Shown piece by piece: positions 18,335-23,929 of a stretch of 32,000 nucleotides of DNA (positions are counted from its first letter, which is position 1; each line of letters starts with the position of its first letter). A model generated the notes under the pieces. It was not told the origin of the DNA. It saw nothing but the letters and a program-made list of their open reading frames with translations, and did not search any database. The translations under genes were made by a program, and so were the position numbers. The DNA is from Candidatus Lokiarchaeum ossiferum (GTDB taxonomy: Archaea > Asgardarchaeota > Lokiarchaeia > Sigyniarchaeales > Promethearchaeaceae). The stretch is taken from assembly GCA_025839675.1 (NCBI GenBank), contig CP104013.1, positions 2,250,001 to 2,282,000 of the forward strand. Direction: 5' to 3'.

Positions 18335-19054
18335 ATGAATTATTTTATTATTATATTCTGGATCTTGTCGCTCGTGATTTCGACAAGCTTTATCGCCTTT
18401 TACGTTCGGAAATATCAAAAATCGGAAGTAATTATTGCTATTTATGTATTATATATTGCCCTTTCTCAAATCCTCGCTGCAAAACTCGCAGATTTCTGGG
18501 GTTTTACGGCACCTGCAGCAGTCATCATCTTCCCATTCACATTCCAATTGACTGATACCATGAATGAACACTTCGGTCAAAAAGAAACGCATAGAATGAT
18601 TTTCATCGCTTTCATTACTCAAATATTGTTTATCATTTTCATTTGGTTTGGTAATTCTTTGGAACCCGCAGGAATTTGGGGGATAGATAATGCTCAATGG
18701 TTAATGATTTTTCAACAATCGATTGGAATTACGGTTGCCAGCTGGATTTCCTACCTTCTAACCGAAAACATGGATGCTTGGTTATATCAAAAAATTATGA
18801 AGTGGACGAAGGGAAAAATGCTGTGGGTACGCAGTTGTTTAAGTGATATACCCATGTTGGCATTAGATTCCGTGATCTTCGTGACTTTAGCCTTTGGAGT
18901 CTTTGGCGGAAATTGGGCCATTGTTCCCGCAACGATGTTAGGGCAAATGGTTACTAAATGGATCTTTGGAGTGATTGATACACCGTTTATGTACTTGGAT
19001 CGTTTCATAGTCAATTATAAAAAGAATTCTCCACTCGCTGAAACCGTAGAATAA
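18335..19054 (+). CDS. yhhQ: YhhQ/DUF165 (VUT-family) queuosine-precursor-type transporter
   Basis: 239 aa, multi-TM. IIFPFTFQLTDTMNEHFGQKETHRMIF parallels the E. coli YhhQ segment FSFPFIFLATDLTVRIFG...RRIIF. ITVASWISYLLTENMDAWLYQKI... and SDIPMLALDSVIFVTLAF match the second conserved half of the family. Confidence 0.85.
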   Translation: MNYFIIIFWILSLVISTSFIAFYVRKYQKSEVIIAIYVLYIALSQILAAKLADFWGFTAPAAVIIFPFTFQLTDTMNEHFGQKETHRMIFIAFITQILFIIFIWFGNSLEPAGIWGIDNAQWLMIFQQSIGITVASWISYLLTENMDAWLYQKIMKWTKGKMLWVRSCLSDIPMLALDSVIFVTLAFGVFGGNWAIVPATMLGQMVTKWIFGVIDTPFMYLDRFIVNYKKNSPLAETVE

Positions 19055-19094
19055 GCAATATCATGAATTGCACTTAATGGAATGGTTTTAGTAA

Positions 19095-19121
19095 TTTTTT
19101 CTCTTTTTAGATCATATTTTT
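19095..19121 (+). terminator. Cluster of oligo-T tracts (T6, T5, T5) after the yhhQ-like gene
   Basis: gtaattttttctctttttagatcatattttt begins about 40 nt after the stop at 19054. Confidence 0.3.
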
Positions 19122-19391
19122 GGTTCTGATCTCTTAATGGATTTCATTTAATTATCACTCGAGAATAGCATTCCCCTTTTTCCCATTTGCTCGAGAAAAA
19201 AGTAACATTTCATTTTTATATCCCTAAATCCCTATTAAGGCAAACGTTAGGATTTGTATCTAAATACAAAGTGAGCGCTTTCCCTTCAAGAAAAATTGCT
19301 AATTAAATCTTCAAAAACCCTTGGTGCATTTTCAAGCTTTTCAGAATTTTGCAAATCAAACTTTGAAGTGATTATTTCTTAAACGTGAAAC

Positions 19392-20516
19392 TTAATATCC
19401 TGAGCCGAGTAATTCCAACAACTTCTCATGTTCCAACATTTCTTTTTCATAGCGCGGTAAAAACACAGTAATAATTTTATCTACGATTGTATAAATAGGA
19501 TAATAGCCATCTTGTAAGAGATATTCATTTGAAAAAGCATTCATCTCATTCTTGATTTCTCGAAACTCCGGAAGATATCGTAACATTTCCTTATATACCG
19601 ATAAATGGTGAGAGAATAGAGTCAATGAAATGGAGTGCATCGAATAAAATTTTTCACTGGTACTACGGTCTTTACTTTTCACTAAATCAATCTTTTTCGT
19701 ATCCAAAAACCGTTTTAAGCTTTGTGAAATGGTTCCAGCTGAAAAATCAGTAAGATCTTGTAACTTTTTTTGAGTAAGCTTCCCTCGTGAAATAAAAAAG
19801 GCAAGAATATGTTCTAAAGAAGGTTTTTCTTTCTTAAAAACACCCCTTTCCAGAAATTTATGGAAATTTTCTTCAATTTCCCGTACTTGGGGTGAAAATT
19901 CTAAAATCACTGATCCTACGGATACATCATTGGTCAAATAAGCTTCCATTTTTTGACGAAATTCAACCGTAAAAATACTCGGATCTTCCTCGAACGCCGG
20001 AACTTGAAAATCTTCAATACCACTCTCATCTTTATTTTCTTCGATAATGGCCGAACAAACTTGGGCATACTTGGAGAAATCATTAATTCTCCATAAAAGT
20101 AAATCCCTACCTGGATGCTCATCAGCATTCAATTCACGAAGATCTTCAATGAGAGAATTAAAAAAGGAGATCATAGTCTGAAAACCGCTGAGAATAATAC
20201 TGGCAGGAATTTCATTTAGATCATTGGGATGATCAATCAAAAAGTATTCGTTAGTATGGGTTCCAGGGATGGTTTTCTTTGTGAAAATTTTATTTTTAAC
20301 CAAGAGGGAAGTTATTTTGGATATTTTACTTTTCGGAAACCCTGTGAGTTCAGAGAGCTGTTGTTGAGTCAATTTACGATGCAACAAAATATAAGTATAC
20401 ACTTGCGTAGTATTGGGGTTTCCACCATTTATCACAGTATCTTCCACCATAAAATCCACGATTTTTAATTCAAAGTCGCGCATTTTGCCCTCAAAGAAAA
20501 AGTCCCTCGTTTCCAT
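19392..20516 (-). CDS. Putative transcriptional regulator with two duplicated winged-helix (MarR/TrmB-like) domains
   Basis: 374 aa. N-terminal wHTH: YTYILLHRKLTQQQLSELTGFPKSKISKITSLLVKNKIF. Second wHTH: LAFFISRGKLTQKKLQDLTDFSAGTISQSLKRFLDTKKID. The two align with each other (KLTQ..L..LT.F....IS). Confidence 0.7.
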   Translation of the reverse strand: METRDFFFEGKMRDFELKIVDFMVEDTVINGGNPNTTQVYTYILLHRKLTQQQLSELTGFPKSKISKITSLLVKNKIFTKKTIPGTHTNEYFLIDHPNDLNEIPASIILSGFQTMISFFNSLIEDLRELNADEHPGRDLLLWRINDFSKYAQVCSAIIEENKDESGIEDFQVPAFEEDPSIFTVEFRQKMEAYLTNDVSVGSVILEFSPQVREIEENFHKFLERGVFKKEKPSLEHILAFFISRGKLTQKKLQDLTDFSAGTISQSLKRFLDTKKIDLVKSKDRSTSEKFYSMHSISLTLFSHHLSVYKEMLRYLPEFREIKNEMNAFSNEYLLQDGYYPIYTIVDKIITVFLPRYEKEMLEHEKLLELLGSGY

Positions 20517-20642
20517 TGTCGCTAAGTATAAGTAGTACTTTCAACCATAAAAAATTTAGTAAAAATTTAAAAATATGAAACTGCTGAAAACTCAAAAAGG
20601 GAGGAAAAAAATTCAAAAAGGGAAAAAATGAATCCTCAAAAA

Positions 20643-20839
20643 TTCTGGGACGGGCAATTATAAGAGAAGGGTAGGATCTTCCCGTGAATCACCATCACTA
20701 TGTGAATGAGGGGATGTTGTGATAAATCCAAGAATTTCTTCGTCTTTTTATCATTCTCTCCTAAGGAATTGCATTTTCGGATATGAAGAGTGACACCTCC
20801 ACCTATTATAATGGAGCGAGGTATACAACAATGGATTTA
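20643..20839 (+). repeat. Copy A of a ~200-nt repeated non-coding element (100-nt conserved core 20643-20742 plus a diverged tail)
   Basis: By manual alignment, the core ttctgggacgggcaattataagagaagggtaggatcttcccgtgaatcaccatcactatgtgaatgaggggatgttgtgataaatccaagaatttcttcg differs from copy B at 4 of 100 positions. The tail aligns at roughly 70% identity up to caacaatggattta. It lies 127 nt from the divergent regulator start (20516) and about 270 nt upstream of the SBP gene start (21113). Confidence 0.9.
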
Positions 20840-21112
20840 CACGCGGACTATTATTTGTCCACATTTAATACAAATTGGTATGTTCAAGGTAATATATGGT
20901 GTAAATTGTAGAGTTTCTTTTTCACATTTAGATGATTTGATTCGGATGTTTCCTAATCTCGGTGAAAAATGTTGTTGTTTGGATTTGAAGAGGAAAAATG
21001 GAAGAATTTGAATTTCTCTTTAAGATGCTTTTCTCCATGTTATTCCAATAGATGTGAATTCCCAAAAAATAAATATCAAGTTCATGTATAAACTTATCAG
21101 AGGGGACAAACT

Positions 21113-23005
21113 GTGGAACTTTCTTTAAGAAAAACTACTAATTTTAGAAAAATAAGACTCTTTTATTATGGCTTAATCTTGATTCTAATGCCGAATTTCG
21201 CCTTTAGTAATACAGAACCAATAGATTTTGAGAAACGCCCATTAATTTATGCAACTTGTTCTTCCGCTCCTTATATAGATCCGCATTTAGCCCTTGATCA
21301 AAATTCTATTAATTTAATCAGCCAAATTTGCGAAGGATTGATTTCCTATGATCTTAATAGACAAGATATGAAAATGCAACCTCAATTAGCTGCAGATTTT
21401 GGTCAGTGGAATGAAAATTTAACAGAATATACAATTAAATTGAAAGAGGATATATTATTCCACGATGGGACATTTTTATCATCTAAGCAAGTCATTTTCT
21501 CATTCGATCGTTTGTATTCCTTATCCTATGATAATAATTTGCACAAAAATTTGGTCCAATCGGATCATATATTAGGTTATCAGAATCAGATCCACCTACA
21601 ATCAATTTATAATCCTCTAGCAAATTTGTATCCTGAAGTTGACTGGTTAATAAATCAGACAATTGCAATTGATGATACCACTGTTAAATTTTGTCTAAAT
21701 TATCCCTATTCTCCATTTGAATCTTTGCTGTGTTTTACTGGATCATTTATTCTGTCCAATAATCCAAAATACACGCCTTCCCACGAATTTTTAAACATTT
21801 CTCGAGATTCTCTAATTGGAACGGGCCCCTATACCTTGGATTCATATACGAATGACATAAATGGTGTAGATTCGGGTTCTGAGATTCATTTAAAGTATTT
21901 CACCGATTACTACGAAGTTTCTATTCCAGATATTCAAGAAATTCTGTGGAAAACAAGATATGGCTCAACTGAATTAAACGACGATTTTTTACAAGGGAAA
22001 ATCGATTTCCTTACCTCCATTAACCCTGATTTTATTGAAGAATATGAAGATTCTGAATATTTTGAAATAAAAGCTCCACTTCCTGATGTATCTATGTCAT
22101 ATTTAGGAATGAACTGCCAAACACTCAAAGAAAACACCAGAAAAGCAATTATTAATGCCTTTAACTATTCCATCATTTCTTCCAATGAAGATACAAGCAG
22201 AAATATTCATCAATTAACTTCAATAATTCCCTTTGGTGTGAAGTATCATACTACTAACCTGACAATACCTAAAATGGATTTAATCATGGCACGTAAATAT
22301 ATTTTTGATGCGATCGATCACGGAGAATTTGGGAATATCTCTTCTTTTGCACTTAATGAACTATCATCGGACGAAGAATGGCTTTTTTTGACCGAAACAT
22401 CTCCATTGCAAAACTTGGTATATCCATGGGTTGGAGGTATTTATCATGACTTTTTTTTTGAAGATCTCCAGACCAATCTGGCATTAATCGGATTGAATCT
22501 CAGTATTAAGTATGGGACCATGGTAGGAGCTTATGAAATAGCAATGTACGAAGAAACGGACATTTTTTATATTCGCCAACGGGCTGAATATAATCATCCA
22601 TCAAGCATTTTAGCATCTTTTTTTAGTAAGAGCTGTATTCAATCTTTCCTGAACATAAATGATTCCAATTTTACGGAAATGACAAAAAACGCCTTACAAG
22701 ATACATCCAATGCAATTCCTATCCATTTGTTTTTTGAACTCCAACGGTATTTCGTTGAAGATTTGGCCGTCGTGTTGTTATTAACTACAGAAACTTTTGA
22801 AGTTGTGCAGTATTCCGGAATATCTGAGTGCATGATGAATTCCTTTCGATTATTGAGGTTTTACAATTATTCTTTCGACTATAGTAGCCATACAAAAACC
22901 ATCAGTGGAGGAAATATAATGGTTACTTTAGGAATAGCAATAATTTCAATAATCATTAGGAAAAAAAAACTAGATAAAGACAATATCGAATGGAATAATA
23001 AATAA
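21113..23005 (+). CDS. ABC-transporter solute-binding protein, family 5 (peptide/nickel/oligosaccharide type), with C-terminal TM anchor
   Basis: 630 aa. GTG start with GAGGGGA upstream. Signal-like segment: IRLFYYGLILILMPNFAFS. SBP_bac_5 N-terminal signature: PYIDPHLALDQNSINLISQICEGLISYD...MQPQLAADFGQWNENLTEYTIKLKEDILFHDGTFLSSKQVIFSFDRL. C-terminus: GGNIMVTLGIAIISIIIRKKKLDKD. Confidence 0.85.
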   Translation: MELSLRKTTNFRKIRLFYYGLILILMPNFAFSNTEPIDFEKRPLIYATCSSAPYIDPHLALDQNSINLISQICEGLISYDLNRQDMKMQPQLAADFGQWNENLTEYTIKLKEDILFHDGTFLSSKQVIFSFDRLYSLSYDNNLHKNLVQSDHILGYQNQIHLQSIYNPLANLYPEVDWLINQTIAIDDTTVKFCLNYPYSPFESLLCFTGSFILSNNPKYTPSHEFLNISRDSLIGTGPYTLDSYTNDINGVDSGSEIHLKYFTDYYEVSIPDIQEILWKTRYGSTELNDDFLQGKIDFLTSINPDFIEEYEDSEYFEIKAPLPDVSMSYLGMNCQTLKENTRKAIINAFNYSIISSNEDTSRNIHQLTSIIPFGVKYHTTNLTIPKMDLIMARKYIFDAIDHGEFGNISSFALNELSSDEEWLFLTETSPLQNLVYPWVGGIYHDFFFEDLQTNLALIGLNLSIKYGTMVGAYEIAMYEETDIFYIRQRAEYNHPSSILASFFSKSCIQSFLNINDSNFTEMTKNALQDTSNAIPIHLFFELQRYFVEDLAVVLLLTTETFEVVQYSGISECMMNSFRLLRFYNYSFDYSSHTKTISGGNIMVTLGIAIISIIIRKKKLDKDNIEWNNK

Positions 23006-23077
23006 TTGGCATAAATATCTTTTTATCATCTGAATTTTACTGTTTTTTGCTGATTTAAAATAACTTTAGGGGCTATT

Positions 23078-23098
23078 GGGGCCCTTTTGCCCTATTTT
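23078..23098 (+). terminator. Small GC hairpin followed by a T-tract after the SBP gene
   Basis: In ggggcccttttgccc-tatttt, GGGC pairs with GCCC around a CCTTTT loop and is followed by TATTTT. T5 (23017-23021) and T6 (23043-23048) tracts precede it. Confidence 0.3.
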
Positions 23099-23154
23099 AG
23101 GCAAAGTTCATGTTAAATCTTCTGGTAGCACATTAATTAGTAGAAATGTACCCC

Positions 23155-23210
23155 TTTAAGCCCATTAACATACAATATAATCTTTAAGCCCATTAACATA
23201 CAATATAATC
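23155..23210 (+). repeat. Perfect tandem duplication of a 28-bp unit abutting repeat copy B
   Basis: tttaagcccattaacatacaatataatc occurs at 23155-23182 and again at 23183-23210, directly followed by the core element. The unit contains TATA-like atataat. Confidence 0.9.
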
Positions 23211-23409
23211 TTCTGGGACGGGCAATTATAAGAGAAGGGTAGGATCTTCCCGCGAATCACTATCACTATGTGAATGAGGGGATGTTGTGATAAATCCAAG
23301 AGTTTTTTCGACAGCCTTTATCATTATCACCGAAGTAATCGCATTTTGGGATGATAAATTTGACACAACAGCCTGTTATAGTAGAGTGATGCATGCAACA
23401 ATGGATTTA
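23211..23409 (+). repeat. Copy B of the ~200-nt repeated non-coding element (core 23211-23310)
   Basis: Same core as copy A, with substitutions at core positions 43 (T>C), 51 (C>T), 92 (A>G) and 96 (C>T). It lies about 220 nt upstream of ATG 23630 of the interrupted permease gene. Confidence 0.9.
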
Positions 23410-23629
23410 TAGCAAAGCAATGGGGTGAAGTTCAAGAAAAATATTTAAAGAGAATCTTTTTAATAACACGTAATCTGCACAAAATAATCTCTCCAATCTA
23501 ATTTGGAATCAAAAAATTTGATAGGCAAGGAGTAACATTTGTCTCGAGGGACAATTGAACGTGTGTATAATGATGAAATTAGAAACGCAAATCTAAGTTC
23601 AATCATCTATTGGCAGGACAGGAATAAAT

Positions 23630-23821
23630 ATGCGAATTCAAGCGATATGGAAACTACTCAAGGGAAAACATGAGTTATGGGCAATTGTAATACTCATCAC
23701 ATTTAGTTTAACCCTCCTCAACACGGTTTCTTACATGACCAGACTCACCCAAGCAACAGCAATCAATGAAGGGATTGCCGACATTGGGACAGACATTCAT
23801 GTATTTTTAAAATCTGGCTAA
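23630..23821 (+). CDS. N-terminal fragment (first TM helix) of the FtsX/MacB-type permease, ending at an in-frame TAA
   Basis: MRIQAIWKLLKGKHELWAIVILITFSLTLLNTVSYM...GTDIHVFLKSG* matches the N-terminus of FtsX/MacB permeases (basic segment, TM1, start of the periplasmic domain). It is in the same frame as ORF 23930..26734, and the 36 codons between them contain no further stop. Confidence 0.6.
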   Translation: MRIQAIWKLLKGKHELWAIVILITFSLTLLNTVSYMTRLTQATAINEGIADIGTDIHVFLKSG

Positions 23822-23929
23822 GATCCAACCGACAGTTTTCATCAACATCTTGATAAATATCCAACCAAACTTAAATTTGAAGCAAAATATTATTCATCAA
23901 TTATTGAAATCGAAAATGTTATAGCAAAT

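Noticed and set aside
18191-18418. 75-aa minus-strand ORF, and a preQ1-riboswitch call upstream of the yhhQ-like gene
   Set aside because: The ORF overlaps the yhhQ-like start and has no support. The leader lacks the preQ1-I hairpin plus A-rich-tail (…AAAAAACUA) consensus, so I only list it as a low-interest structured-leader candidate.
19226-19255. Hairpin AAATCC(c)TA...TAGGATTT in the convergent intergenic region between the yhhQ-like gene and the regulator gene
   Set aside because: The stem is short and AT-rich with a bulge and a 13-nt loop. Such structures are frequent by chance in AT-rich DNA, and no flanking conservation could be assessed.
20643-20839. Interpretation of the repeated element as a MITE or IS remnant
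   Set aside because: I could find no terminal inverted repeats (the reverse complement of ttctgggacggg is absent at the far end). There are also no target-site duplications and no transposase in the window. This cannot be fully excluded without genome-wide copy counts.
20991-21008. 18-nt exact match aggaaaaatggaagaatt, also present at 26039-26056
   Set aside because: The sequence is purine- and A-rich, and the match length is within what chance produces in 32 kb of AT-rich DNA on two strands. One copy is coding and the other intergenic.
20790-21011. 73-aa GTG-initiated ORF starting in the tail of repeat copy A
   Set aside because: The homologous stretch of copy B (23358-23410) contains in-frame stops (tag, tga), so the similarity is not maintained at the protein level. 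The C/I-rich product has no features.
23155-23210. Possible CRISPR-like repeat
   Set aside because: There are only two directly abutting 28-bp units with no spacer between them, and no cas genes. It is a simple tandem duplication.
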